Below, piece after piece: positions 43,679 through 53,306 of a stretch of DNA of 64,000 nucleotides. Numbering within the stretch: the stretch's first letter is position 1; every line of letters starts with the position of its first letter. The notes under the pieces were generated by a model. That model was not told the origin of the DNA, did no database searches, and saw only the letters and a program-made list of their open reading frames with translations. Source of the DNA: Oligoflexia bacterium (lineage in GTDB: Bacteria; Bdellovibrionota; UBA1018; CAIPTA01; JAALKR01); the NCBI GenBank assembly GCA_011087955.1, contig JAALKR010000005.1, forward strand, positions 13,381 through 77,380, written 5' to 3'. The position numbers were made by a program, and so were the translations under genes.

Positions 43679-45015
43679 TAGTGCTCCTCTCTCAAAATTG
43701 ATCTAAGAAGGCTAATGCTCTCAGCAATTGTAGAACGATCCCCCACATCTTGGCGAAGAAAGCTCTCTAGTATGTCATGCACATAAATTGCCCGATCCAG
43801 CTTCGCATTTGCGCCGGACGCATACGCACCAATATTAATTAAGTCTTCAGCTTCATTGTAAGTAGCCATCAATTCTCGAGCTACGCGGCTGTAATCGTAA
43901 TGCTCATCACCCACTACTCGACGCATTACTCGAGATACGGACGCTAGTACATCGATAGCTGGATAATGCCCTTTATCGGCAAGCTTCCGGGAGAGAACTA
44001 TATGGCCGTCCAGAATTGAGCGCGCCGAGTCTGCAATCGGATCATCGAAATCGTCCCCTTCAACCAAGACAGTGAAAATCCCAGTGATTGATCCTTTACC
44101 TACTTCTCGGTTACCTGCTCGCTCTAACAGTTTTGGCAAATGTGAGAAAACAGATGGTGTGTACCCTTTTGCTGTTGGTGGCTCATGCAATGAAAGCCCA
44201 ATCTCCCTTTGAGCCATACAAAATCTTGTTAAAGAATCCATCATCAAGAGAACCTTCGCTCCACCATCTGCGAAATATTCGGCGATAGAAGTAGCTACAT
44301 ACGCAGCTCGCATTCTTAGTAACGGAGACTGGTCGCTAGTAGCCACAACTACGACGGACTTCTTCAGCCCTTCTGGACCCAAATCTTGCTCAATATACTC
44401 GCGGACCTCACGGCCACGCTCACCAACCAATGCAATGACATTGAGGTCTGCATTTGTGTAACGAGCCATCATGCCAAGCAGCACAGATTTACCGACGCCT
44501 GAGCCTGCCATAATTCCCATTCTTTGGCCCTGACCGCATGTAACCAGTCCGTTTAAAGCGCGAATCCCTAAGTCAATTGGGTTAGTGATTGGAGCTCTAG
44601 ACATTGGATTAATAACTTCAGAGTAGATTGAGCGCTCTGGAACAAGCCTTAGCTCTGGTCCATTATCAATTGGTTCACCGGTGCCATCGAGGACTCTTCC
44701 AAGTAATTCAGGCCCAACCTTAACCGTTGCTTCCCGACGGGCTAGTTTTACTTCTGAGCAACGACTAATCCCGACCACATCGGACAAGGGCATGAGCACA
44801 ACTTTGCTATCTCGAAATCCGACGACTTCCGCCAGTACAGGCTCCTTGCCAGGGCGAATACGTAACTCACAAATGGAACCAATAGAAGCACCTGGAAGTT
44901 CCGCTTCCAAAGTTAGGCCAACGGCACAATCGATCTTACCTAAATGACTATATAACAATAGCCGTGAAAGCCGGCTTGTATAGTCGTGACGATTGATTGC
45001 GTGCAAGTCATTCAT
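43678..45015 (-). CDS. fliI: Flagellum-specific ATPase FliI
   Basis: Walker A GSGVGKS, Walker B VLLMMDSLTR and F1-ATPase-like motifs. 445 aa. Confidence 0.95.
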   Translation of the reverse strand: MNDLHAINRHDYTSRLSRLLLYSHLGKIDCAVGLTLEAELPGASIGSICELRIRPGKEPVLAEVVGFRDSKVVLMPLSDVVGISRCSEVKLARREATVKVGPELLGRVLDGTGEPIDNGPELRLVPERSIYSEVINPMSRAPITNPIDLGIRALNGLVTCGQGQRMGIMAGSGVGKSVLLGMMARYTNADLNVIALVGERGREVREYIEQDLGPEGLKKSVVVVATSDQSPLLRMRAAYVATSIAEYFADGGAKVLLMMDSLTRFCMAQREIGLSLHEPPTAKGYTPSVFSHLPKLLERAGNREVGKGSITGIFTVLVEGDDFDDPIADSARSILDGHIVLSRKLADKGHYPAIDVLASVSRVMRRVVGDEHYDYSRVARELMATYNEAEDLINIGAYASGANAKLDRAIYVHDILESFLRQDVGDRSTIAESISLLRSILREEH

Positions 45016-45091
45016 AGACTAATGTTCCCTCCTAGAACATGTGCCTTAGGCAAATTTTAACATACGGCATCAAACCACTAAAGGCTTTATC

Positions 45092-45871
45092 TCACCTGGT
45101 ATTGCTGCCTTCACTCTGTTGCAAAACTGTCATTGCATTACGAATTTGCTCCTCTATCAAACCATCAATAACGATACTTTTCGTTTCAATCCGGCAAGAT
45201 CCCTTCGATACTTCTGGATGAAACTCAAACGTCAAATTTTTGAACTCTGGCTTTTCCCTATCTATTTGCTTCTGCAATCTCTCCAGATTCTCATAGTCTT
45301 CATCTGAAATTAAAACTCTTACGTCGTCTGTAGAACTAATCTGATCGAGCAAGTGCATAACAAGTCTTTGTAAGTAGTCCGGATCCAGTTGAATTTCTTT
45401 TAATGCAATTACTCTTAAAATCTGAGCTAGTAGATCTGTAAGAAATTTTTCATTCTGTCGAAAAATTAATTCTCGTTGAGAAGCTAAGTCCGTAAGAAAT
45501 GTATCTAAGAGCTTTAGACGCTCTTCAATTCGTGGCTGTTCTGCCTTATATGCCTCATTTTTGCCAACACTTAAACCTTGAGTAAATCCTTCTACTTCAG
45601 CTTTTTCCTTTACCTGAGTCCAGCGACTCTCAATTCCCTTAGCAATCAATGCTTCATTTTTTCGACTTTCGCGCTCGACAAGGCCTAACTGTTCTTCGAC
45701 TAAATTGTGAACCTTAAATCGTCCAACTTTCGTTTCGGTAACGCCTAAGATTAATTCTGATGAATCACGCTCAAATTTATGATTCTTAAATTTATCTATA
45801 GATCCAGTCGAAGAAGGTGGAGAGCTCGCCTTTTTCTTGTCATCTTCGAACTCATAACGTTTAAAAGCCAT
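45092..45871 (-). CDS. fliH: Flagellar assembly protein FliH
   Basis: 259 aa, located between fliG and fliI. It has a coiled-coil centre and the C-terminal pattern ...GSCRIETKSIVIDGLIEEQI. Confidence 0.75.
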   Translation of the reverse strand: MAFKRYEFEDDKKKASSPPSSTGSIDKFKNHKFERDSSELILGVTETKVGRFKVHNLVEEQLGLVERESRKNEALIAKGIESRWTQVKEKAEVEGFTQGLSVGKNEAYKAEQPRIEERLKLLDTFLTDLASQRELIFRQNEKFLTDLLAQILRVIALKEIQLDPDYLQRLVMHLLDQISSTDDVRVLISDEDYENLERLQKQIDREKPEFKNLTFEFHPEVSKGSCRIETKSIVIDGLIEEQIRNAMTVLQQSEGSNTR

Positions 45872-45879
45872 TTACTTCC

Positions 45880-46899
45880 TCACACAAATTCATCACCTCC
45901 ACCACCTCGACCAATAATAAGCTTACCCTCGCTTTCAAGCTGCTTGGCAATACTGAGTATCTCGGCCTGTGCTGCCTCTACATCTGATAGACGCTGAGGA
46001 CCTATATTTTCCAAATCTTCCCGTAAGAACTCTGCTGCTCTTGAAGACATATTCTTGAAAATCTTTTCCTTTATTTCTTCTTCAGCCGTCTTCATCGCAA
46101 CAATCAGCTTGTCATTTGGTATTTCTTTCAATAAATTCTGAATTCCACGGTCGTCGATAAAAATTAAATCCTCGAAAACGAACATTAGGCGCTTGATCTC
46201 TTCTGAAAGCTGTGGATCTTTTTCTTCCACACACGCTATGATACTTGTCTCACTGCTCTTATCCATTGTATTCAGCATCTCGGCCACTGGCTCCACGCCA
46301 CCCAAGACAGTTTTAGAAATAGTTCCGACAGTCGCAAGCTCAGATTTCAACACGTCATCTAACTGTGCGATCAACTCTGGGCTGATGAAATCAATGTTTG
46401 CCAGCCGTATCACAACTTCTGCTTGCAACGCCTCTGGTAAACACTTGATAGTGTCAGCCTTACGAACCAAATCTAAGTGAGCAACTACTAGCGCAATCGT
46501 TTGTGGATGCTCATTAAGCAGGAAATTTGCTAGCGTTCGAGTATCTACTAATTCTAAAGCTTCAAGCGTACGACCGCCATCTTGAAATTCGATATTGCCT
46601 AGAATTTGAGCCGCTCGATCCTCACCTAGGGTTTCAAGAAGGAATGATTTACCTTTTGAATCTGTAAAAATTAGAGATTCTTCTTCAGATAGTTCATAGT
46701 AAAATTTTTCTAAGACTTCCTTAACAATTCCAATGGGTGCTTTATCTAAATTCGTCATGGCATTCAGTAATCTCTTGATGTCATTGTCTTTCAAATTATC
46801 AAAAATAATTCGCGTAGTCTTATTGCCTAGTGAGCTTAGTAATAAGGCTGTCCGATCAATTCCAGACCACTCATTTTTATTCGCACTTTCTGTCGCCAT
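45880..46899 (-). CDS. fliG: Flagellar motor switch protein FliG
   Basis: Conserved C-terminal torque-helix region (MSSRAAEFLREDLENIGPQRLSDVEAAQAEIL). 339 aa. Confidence 0.95.
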   Translation of the reverse strand: MATESANKNEWSGIDRTALLLSSLGNKTTRIIFDNLKDNDIKRLLNAMTNLDKAPIGIVKEVLEKFYYELSEEESLIFTDSKGKSFLLETLGEDRAAQILGNIEFQDGGRTLEALELVDTRTLANFLLNEHPQTIALVVAHLDLVRKADTIKCLPEALQAEVVIRLANIDFISPELIAQLDDVLKSELATVGTISKTVLGGVEPVAEMLNTMDKSSETSIIACVEEKDPQLSEEIKRLMFVFEDLIFIDDRGIQNLLKEIPNDKLIVAMKTAEEEIKEKIFKNMSSRAAEFLREDLENIGPQRLSDVEAAQAEILSIAKQLESEGKLIIGRGGGGDEFV

Positions 46900-46910
46900 A
46901 GGGACTCCCC

Positions 46911-48614
46911 TTATGCTTCAGCGTTCTTTCTATTTACGTCTAGCTTCACATTTTTCTCATGGACCCACTCATGAATAATTTGTGCCGCTTTTCTTGGATC
47001 TTCAGCAACCAGTGTAACAATTTTTTCTCTTATCATCTCGCCCTTAATTTTCATTGGATCTAGCTTCTCTTCCATCTCAGGAAGTAGGCCTTCCATACCT
47101 GGAAGGTTAGAAGACTGAGCCTTTTCAAGCTCTTCCAGTGTCTGAGGCAAGAAATCTTCTACGTTGTCCATTGTATTTTCAGTCATCCACTTAATAAATG
47201 GCCGAACAACGAAGACGAAAAATAGAGTGAATAGCAAGCCAACGGCGATCCAACCTGCGATAATCATCATCGCATATTGCTTCTCTTGCTCACGAGCTAT
47301 TTCCGTAGCTTCTGCTAAATCTTCTTTAAAAAATTTCATCGGCTTAATTTGAATTACTGGGTCACGGCCACCTTTCCATCCAACCGCATTAGCAACAATC
47401 GATTGAAGTTCGGCGATCTTTTCTGGCCTCCATACCATTCCCGCGTTGGCTAACGCTCTTCCTTCATCATCCACTGGTGCGTCACCTGACGCAAATCCAT
47501 CAATCATTACAGCTACTGAAAGCCGCTTGAGTGAAGCTACTGGTTTTTCACTTACGCGCGTCGTTTGTGGTACCTCAAAATTCGTTGTATTGCGTGACCT
47601 GCTTGTCTGATTCTCAACGAGACTTTCTTGTGTATTTTCCTGAGTCGTTAGCTCGCCATCAGCACCTGGCACCTGTGTCCTTACTCCGGAACGCCCAGCC
47701 GGTAAGGGCCGAGATCCCGTTAGGCTATCTTCATCCTTGTTGACAGACCGAGGTGTCGCGTTGTCACCATCGAAAAGTGTTTGCGTTTCAGACACCCTAG
47801 AGAAATCTAAATCAGCCGATACCTTTACAATAACTTTTCCATTGCCAATAACTCGAGACAAAATTTCTTCTACGCTCTTCTCTAGTTTTTGCTCATATTT
47901 ACGCTGATAGTCCATCGTTGCCGCGGCAAATAGCGCGGCTGGATCACGAAGGTTTTTTGAAAGTTGTTTCCCATTCGTTGCAATAATGGAAACGGCATTT
48001 GGCTCTAAGGACTGTACGGCCGAGGAGACTAAGTTTTGAATTCCACGAATTTGCAAGTCTGTTGGCTCAAACCCAAATATAAGATCTAAAACTACCGAAG
48101 CAGTGGGCTTTTTACCATCATCCAAAAATGCGCTTTTCTTAGGTATCGCTAAATGTACTCTAGAACGATTTACTCCCTTAATGTGATTAATTGTTCGAAC
48201 CAATTCGCCCTCTGTAGCTCTTTGCTTATTAATTCTTTGAACCGTACTGGTTGTACCAAACTTCTGGTTATCGAAAATTTCATAACCCACAACACCGGTT
48301 TGTGCTAAGCCTTTACTCGCCAATTCAAGTCGCAGATCATATACGTGACCATTAGGAATTAGAATTTCACTGCCTGTCTCATCAACCTTAAACGGGATTT
48401 TCCTGTCTCGAAGGTAGCGAATAATCTGAGTGGAATCTTCAGAAGTCAGATTTCCTGCAAGTTTCGCATAGTTTGCTTTACTCGCCCAAAGAAACAATGC
48501 CCCAGTTACTGACACCAAAATTACAGAAAGGGAAATAAGTGCCATCTTTCGGGAAAAAGTCAATACCTCCCAAAAATCTGCAGTTTTTTTCCATGACTGA
48601 TTTAAAAATCCCAC
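46911..48614 (-). CDS. fliF: Flagellar MS-ring protein FliF
   Basis: 567 aa with an N-terminal TM helix, YscJ/FliF-type periplasmic domains, a second TM helix and a C-terminal FliG-binding tail. Confidence 0.9.
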   Translation of the reverse strand: MGFLNQSWKKTADFWEVLTFSRKMALISLSVILVSVTGALFLWASKANYAKLAGNLTSEDSTQIIRYLRDRKIPFKVDETGSEILIPNGHVYDLRLELASKGLAQTGVVGYEIFDNQKFGTTSTVQRINKQRATEGELVRTINHIKGVNRSRVHLAIPKKSAFLDDGKKPTASVVLDLIFGFEPTDLQIRGIQNLVSSAVQSLEPNAVSIIATNGKQLSKNLRDPAALFAAATMDYQRKYEQKLEKSVEEILSRVIGNGKVIVKVSADLDFSRVSETQTLFDGDNATPRSVNKDEDSLTGSRPLPAGRSGVRTQVPGADGELTTQENTQESLVENQTSRSRNTTNFEVPQTTRVSEKPVASLKRLSVAVMIDGFASGDAPVDDEGRALANAGMVWRPEKIAELQSIVANAVGWKGGRDPVIQIKPMKFFKEDLAEATEIAREQEKQYAMMIIAGWIAVGLLFTLFFVFVVRPFIKWMTENTMDNVEDFLPQTLEELEKAQSSNLPGMEGLLPEMEEKLDPMKIKGEMIREKIVTLVAEDPRKAAQIIHEWVHEKNVKLDVNRKNAEA

Positions 48615-48629
48615 TTAAGCTTCCAAAAC

Positions 48630-48965
48630 CTAAACTTGCATACGCATTATTTCTTGATATGCATCAATCATTTTGTTTCGAACTTGCATCAACATTTTGA
48701 AAGAGATATCAGCTTTCTCCAGTGCAATCATCGTCTCATGAACGTTCTTCGTTCTACCTGCAACTAGATTGCTCACTGCATTGTCCGCGGTTGAAATCAC
48801 TGAATTTGCTTCGTTAATTTTATCAACAAGTAAATCACCGAAAGTTACCTCGCCTTCCTCGGATTTTCTTTCGCTTCCTTTTCCAACACCTGCTGCACTC
48901 CCATCGCGAATTGATTGCGGCGTGCTAGTAAAGCTATTTATGAGCTCAACATTGAAACCAGACAT
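48630..48965 (-). CDS. fliE: Flagellar hook-basal body protein FliE
   Basis: 111 aa with the C-terminal pattern ...HETMIALEKADISFKMLMQVRNKMIDAYQEIMRMQV. Confidence 0.85.
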   Translation of the reverse strand: MSGFNVELINSFTSTPQSIRDGSAAGVGKGSERKSEEGEVTFGDLLVDKINEANSVISTADNAVSNLVAGRTKNVHETMIALEKADISFKMLMQVRNKMIDAYQEIMRMQV

Positions 48966-48991
48966 CTAAAACTCCTTACCTACAATATTCT

Positions 48992-49423
48992 TTATTTCCC
49001 AATATCTAGAGCCCGCATTGCCATAGATTTTGCTGCGTTCATGGCTGAAATATTTGCTTCATAAGACCTAGAGGCATTAATCATATTTGCCATCTCTTCA
49101 ACGGTATTTACATTAGGCATCTCAACATACCCATCATCCCGTGCATGGGGGTGCGTTGGTTTATAAACTAATTTTGGTGCCCGAGTATCTTCATGAATCT
49201 TCTCCACGACTACACCTTGCGCATGCTCGTCCATTGCGTTCTCAAGAATTTCTCCGAAGTGTTTTCTATCAGTTATCGTCTTGAAGACCGGATCTTTACG
49301 CTTATAGGGGCCATTTGGCGATGTGCTTTCTGCATTCGCAATATTGGAAGAAATTGTATTCATTCGCGTTTGCTGAGCGGATAAGCCAGAGGCACTAATT
49401 CGAAGCGAAGAAAAAAAATCCAT
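48992..49423 (-). CDS. flgC: Flagellar basal-body rod protein FlgC
   Basis: SASGLSAQQTRMNTISSNIANAES N-terminus and C-terminal ...EEMANMINASRSYEANI. Confidence 0.9.
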   Translation of the reverse strand: MDFFSSLRISASGLSAQQTRMNTISSNIANAESTSPNGPYKRKDPVFKTITDRKHFGEILENAMDEHAQGVVVEKIHEDTRAPKLVYKPTHPHARDDGYVEMPNVNTVEEMANMINASRSYEANISAMNAAKSMAMRALDIGK

Positions 49424-49833
49424 TATCTACCTCCATCCGAAATTGCATACTTCAATAGTGCAATCTTCCTACGAAGACTCTCAATAGATGAGTTATAGAG
49501 CATTTGGTTCTCCGCTAAAGCAACCATCTCCGCATCTCGATCAACCGTATTTCCATCTTCTCGCACTACATTATTTGGATTATTGTAGATTTCTGGCGCT
49601 ACTTCACCAACAGAACCACCAGCACGCATATGCTTAGCGCTGGTTCGTGCCATTGGCGCATCAGTAAGACTGAGTGCCTTAGCCAGCGTGTCCTCAAAAT
49701 CAATACGCTTCGACTTGTAGCCTGGCGTTTCAGCGTTCGCAATATTGGCTGAAATTAAATTGTGCTTCACTGAGCGCAGATCTAAAGATCTAGAAAGCGC
49801 ATCAAATGTTTTCCCAAGTATCTTATCGCCCAC
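49423..49833 (-). CDS. flgB: Flagellar basal-body rod protein FlgB
   Basis: HNLISANIANAETPGYKSKRIDFE motif. GTG start with GGAGGGA upstream. Confidence 0.9.
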   Translation of the reverse strand: MGDKILGKTFDALSRSLDLRSVKHNLISANIANAETPGYKSKRIDFEDTLAKALSLTDAPMARTSAKHMRAGGSVGEVAPEIYNNPNNVVREDGNTVDRDAEMVALAENQMLYNSSIESLRRKIALLKYAISDGGR

Positions 49834-49882
49834 GTTCCCTCCTGGACCGTGATCGCCTTACGGCGGTTTACCTCAATAACAC

Positions 49883-49898
49883 AGCAATCGTCATGCCA
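49883..49898 (-). promoter_or_regulatory. Sigma-54 (-24/-12) promoter upstream of flgB
   Basis: The minus strand reads TGGCAT-GACGA-TTGCT, about 50 nt upstream of the flgB GTG and just after the stop of the TPR gene. Confidence 0.65.
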
Positions 49899-49904
49899 AA
49901 GGCA

Positions 49905-52577
49905 TTACAATTCCAAACCTAGACCCGATGGTGGCGAATCCCCCAATATCACAGAGTATTTCTCTTCCCACTGTAGCAGGTTAAGCTCTTGCCTTGCGGA
50001 TTGCCCCCAAATATTTTGGCTATTCTCAGCAATCGGAGTCAGAGTTTTGACTGCATTCTTTCTGTCTCCAATACTACTGTAAGCCAGTCCTAAACGATAA
50101 CTAGCTCGAGCTGATCGCTTGCTCTTTGGAAAGAGTTCTAGCGCTTCCTTGAAAGCCACAATTGCTTTAGCATAGTCCTGCCGATACCAATAAATGTCTC
50201 CTAGTAAGAACTCAAATCGCTCATACGGTGAATTTAGATTCTTGCGGGCCACCTGTAAAACTTCTATTTGTCTCTTATATTCTTTTCGTTTGTGGAAATG
50301 CTTTGATAACACTTCAATAGTATCAATTTGTATCTGGTCTTTTATAGTTTTACTCAGCTCTTTCGGCAAAGAATTAAGCTTTGCTTGTACTGATCGAGCC
50401 ATTTTAAACGCTGAAACTAAATTCCCTAATTTCATATAGGCTTGCATCCGTAAGTGACATGCTTCTAGGGATGAATTCCCTGTTAAATTATCTATCGCAT
50501 GCTGGTATCGCCCTTGCAGATATAATAGTCGAGCTTTTACATGCAAAGCATCGTCTCGCGTTTTCGCAAGGCTACTGGGCATACGCCTACCATTAATGCG
50601 TTTCTGAGCTTCAATATACCTCCCCATAAATGTAGAGCTCGTATTGTAAAGCCGTAACGCTTTATATACTTTTGCAAGGAGCAACCATATATCTGGTTTG
50701 CCTTGCTCCAACCATTGACGGTTCTTCTCATAGAATGCCAATGCCTCTTCATACTCTCCTCGATCAATAAAATCCTCAACATTTAATAAAAGTGTTTCAA
50801 TGTAAATCGATTTAAAAATTTTGTAATTTTTGCTATCGGATTTTGCCACCTCATCTTCTGCTAGTCGAATTGCCTCATTGGGACGTCCATTCTTATTTAA
50901 GAATCGGATCAACTGTATACTAGACATCTCCTTTACCTGGCGCGGCAGTTCCTTAGAGGAAAGGTTCTTCCTCATTTGGGCAATTTGAAAATCGGGGTCT
51001 CTGTTATTGAAAAATTCTAACCTAGCCAACCTCACTTGAGCCAGCCTTTCTCCTAAACTAAATGGGAAGTGATCAATAGCCTTCAAATAATACTCGCGAG
51101 CTTTCTTGATGTTCTTATTCTTTATTTCTTCGATTTCCCCGAGGCGAACATAAGCCATTGCAACATAAGTGTGCGCGTGATGCTTTTTGGCGTAGATTTT
51201 GAAAAATTTCTGTGCCTCTGATAAATTCTTTAGCCAGAAATTAACTTCCGCCAGATTGAGATAAGCTTCTGATCTCGTTGATTCATAGTCAGGGTATTTT
51301 TTTAACGCCTCCCGAATTGCTAAGTTTGCCTTCTTATAAAAGCGTTGTTTGGCTAGAGTATTCCCAAACCTATACGCAGCCTCCTTACCGACCCAATGCT
51401 TTGGATATTTCTGCATTGCTGCTCTATACACCCGACTCGCCCGTCGATACTGGCGTAGGTTGAAGTATGCTTCTGCATGAGCCAACAGTATGCCCGGAAA
51501 ATCCGGTTCTTTTTTGCTATTTTCCTGGTTTCCAAGAATAGATTCGAAGTGTGAAGCCGTATCTAACCAGCGCCCTTCGCGAAAGGCGTCTGCAGCGAAA
51601 AATATTCTTAATTTTTGACTAAATGGGAGGTTCTTCCCATTTTTTTGTTGCGGTATCAATTCCTTGAATTGTGCTAAAGCTTTATGGCCCATGGCTTTAT
51701 TGCCGCTTTGGACACTCAAATTCCAATAACTTAGTGCCTCCAGAAACCTCACTTCTTCCATATATGGAGAATTTGGATAATCTCGACGTAAATATTCCGC
51801 TGCACGTATCGCTAAACCATATTTTTTGCTCTTATATAGCTTAATGGCTAAAGAAAAATTGGTACCGCTGCCTGCATTTTTGCTTGATTTTGTCCATTCC
51901 CAGCCTGCTCCAGGGTCTCCTTCTCTACTGGTATTGAAATTCTTACCCTCATAGACGAACGCAGGAGCTATAATCGGCAGGCGAAAGAATGAGTTGTTAG
52001 AAAAGTCTAGTGGAACAATTATTTTTTTAATCTTCGAAGTAACTTCAGGGATCTTCGAAACAGACTCAGATACCTTTGAAACAGATTTAGAACTTAACTC
52101 ATGGTTTGCCTTCTTTGAAACTCTCTTCACTTTGCTAGGAAATTTCTTAGCTAACTTAGCCTCCTTACCCTTTTTTTGCGCACTCCCTTTTTTATCTTGC
52201 CAAATGTCAACAATCACTGATGGAGGATTGGGCTGGTAATAAATAAAATGTTTGGAATAGGATCCACGAATCTCAATGGAGACACGAATAGTTGCATCCC
52301 CCATGCTAGACGTCTTCACATTCCGAATTAATTGATCACTCAATCGATTAGACTGTGTCCAATAGGCTTGATGCATATTTTCAATCGCCACATTCAGCAC
52401 CTTTACGCTATCTTCAAAACCCTCCACTTTGAATCCAGAATTCGGCTTAACTGGTATCGTGAGTCGAGAGTAGCCCTTAAAAGATGTGACTTCGAGGCCT
52501 CTACCCGCGTAGCTTGCATAGGAACTTGGCTCGAAAAAGAAGGTTAGAATAAATATTAGCATTAGCCGCATAGACAT
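49905..52577 (-). CDS. Exported AMIN-like-domain plus multi-TPR repeat protein (candidate flagellar accessory)
   Basis: Signal peptide, then an N-terminal segment GYSRLTIPV...IRVSIEI...PPSVIVDIW that is AMIN-like by eye. A Lys/Ser-rich linker follows, then about 650 aa of TPR-like helical repeats (repeated A..Y..A....P motifs). Confidence 0.7.
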   Translation of the reverse strand: MSMRLMLIFILTFFFEPSSYASYAGRGLEVTSFKGYSRLTIPVKPNSGFKVEGFEDSVKVLNVAIENMHQAYWTQSNRLSDQLIRNVKTSSMGDATIRVSIEIRGSYSKHFIYYQPNPPSVIVDIWQDKKGSAQKKGKEAKLAKKFPSKVKRVSKKANHELSSKSVSKVSESVSKIPEVTSKIKKIIVPLDFSNNSFFRLPIIAPAFVYEGKNFNTSREGDPGAGWEWTKSSKNAGSGTNFSLAIKLYKSKKYGLAIRAAEYLRRDYPNSPYMEEVRFLEALSYWNLSVQSGNKAMGHKALAQFKELIPQQKNGKNLPFSQKLRIFFAADAFREGRWLDTASHFESILGNQENSKKEPDFPGILLAHAEAYFNLRQYRRASRVYRAAMQKYPKHWVGKEAAYRFGNTLAKQRFYKKANLAIREALKKYPDYESTRSEAYLNLAEVNFWLKNLSEAQKFFKIYAKKHHAHTYVAMAYVRLGEIEEIKNKNIKKAREYYLKAIDHFPFSLGERLAQVRLARLEFFNNRDPDFQIAQMRKNLSSKELPRQVKEMSSIQLIRFLNKNGRPNEAIRLAEDEVAKSDSKNYKIFKSIYIETLLLNVEDFIDRGEYEEALAFYEKNRQWLEQGKPDIWLLLAKVYKALRLYNTSSTFMGRYIEAQKRINGRRMPSSLAKTRDDALHVKARLLYLQGRYQHAIDNLTGNSSLEACHLRMQAYMKLGNLVSAFKMARSVQAKLNSLPKELSKTIKDQIQIDTIEVLSKHFHKRKEYKRQIEVLQVARKNLNSPYERFEFLLGDIYWYRQDYAKAIVAFKEALELFPKSKRSARASYRLGLAYSSIGDRKNAVKTLTPIAENSQNIWGQSARQELNLLQWEEKYSVILGDSPPSGLGLEL

Positions 52578-52596
52578 TCCCGGTCACCTGGATCAA

Positions 52597-52612
52597 AGCA
52601 ACAGCTATGCCA
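52597..52612 (-). promoter_or_regulatory. Sigma-54 (-24/-12) promoter upstream of the AMIN/TPR gene
   Basis: The minus strand reads TGGCAT-AGCTG-TTGCT, 20-35 nt upstream of the ATG at 52577, which implies a short leader. Confidence 0.5.
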
Positions 52613-52727
52613 TAGCTGAATCGATACACAATGGACGCCTGAACGGCGCAATAATACACGAAGCGTCAGTTCAATAACAAATCTGCCAAAATTCTGACGT
52701 TTTTAACTCTATGGATGATTGACAGTT

Positions 52728-53306
52728 ATGCTTGCGCGGCCAAAAATAGTAGTACGAATGCTACCATCAAGGAAGATATCTACAATCATCCCACGGACAG
52801 GATTTCCTGCTCTTTTGATCGCCTGTTTTTTACATGCCGGCTGCTCTGTGGTTTTCTCCGATAGATCAGCCCCAAAAAGTGCGAATTACTATGTAAACCC
52901 GCCTCCATCACCGTGGAAGCCAGTGCCTGTTGGACAAGATCCAGGCTCAATTGAAGCCCTACGTGCAGACATTGCTTATGAAGATCCGCGAACAGGTGCC
53001 ATTATTTCTTTAAACAGCATTTGCCGGAAATACTGGAGCTTAAGCTTGGATGAAATGTCACGCAATCTTTTGCTTGGCATTAAAAAAGCGAAAGAGATTA
53101 AATTTAAATACCTAAAAATCGATGGTGGAAACGCAAAAGATTCAACACATCATGGCGAATCGAACGATACTCCGGTTAAAATAAGGACAGTGGTGATTAA
53201 GAAAAGCAGATGCATCTACGATTTCATCTATGTTTCCGAAATAGCTGGTGCAGAAAACAGTGAAAGTACTTTCGAAGACTTTCTTAGCTCATTTTCGGCA
53301 GAATAA
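52728..53306 (+). CDS. Hypothetical lipoprotein, first gene of the mla-like operon
   Basis: Lipobox-like LIACFLHAGCS. Its stop overlaps the mlaE ATG (TAATG). The track ORF starts at a TTG at 52719. Confidence 0.45.
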   Translation: MLARPKIVVRMLPSRKISTIIPRTGFPALLIACFLHAGCSVVFSDRSAPKSANYYVNPPPSPWKPVPVGQDPGSIEALRADIAYEDPRTGAIISLNSICRKYWSLSLDEMSRNLLLGIKKAKEIKFKYLKIDGGNAKDSTHHGESNDTPVKIRTVVIKKSRCIYDFIYVSEIAGAENSESTFEDFLSSFSAE

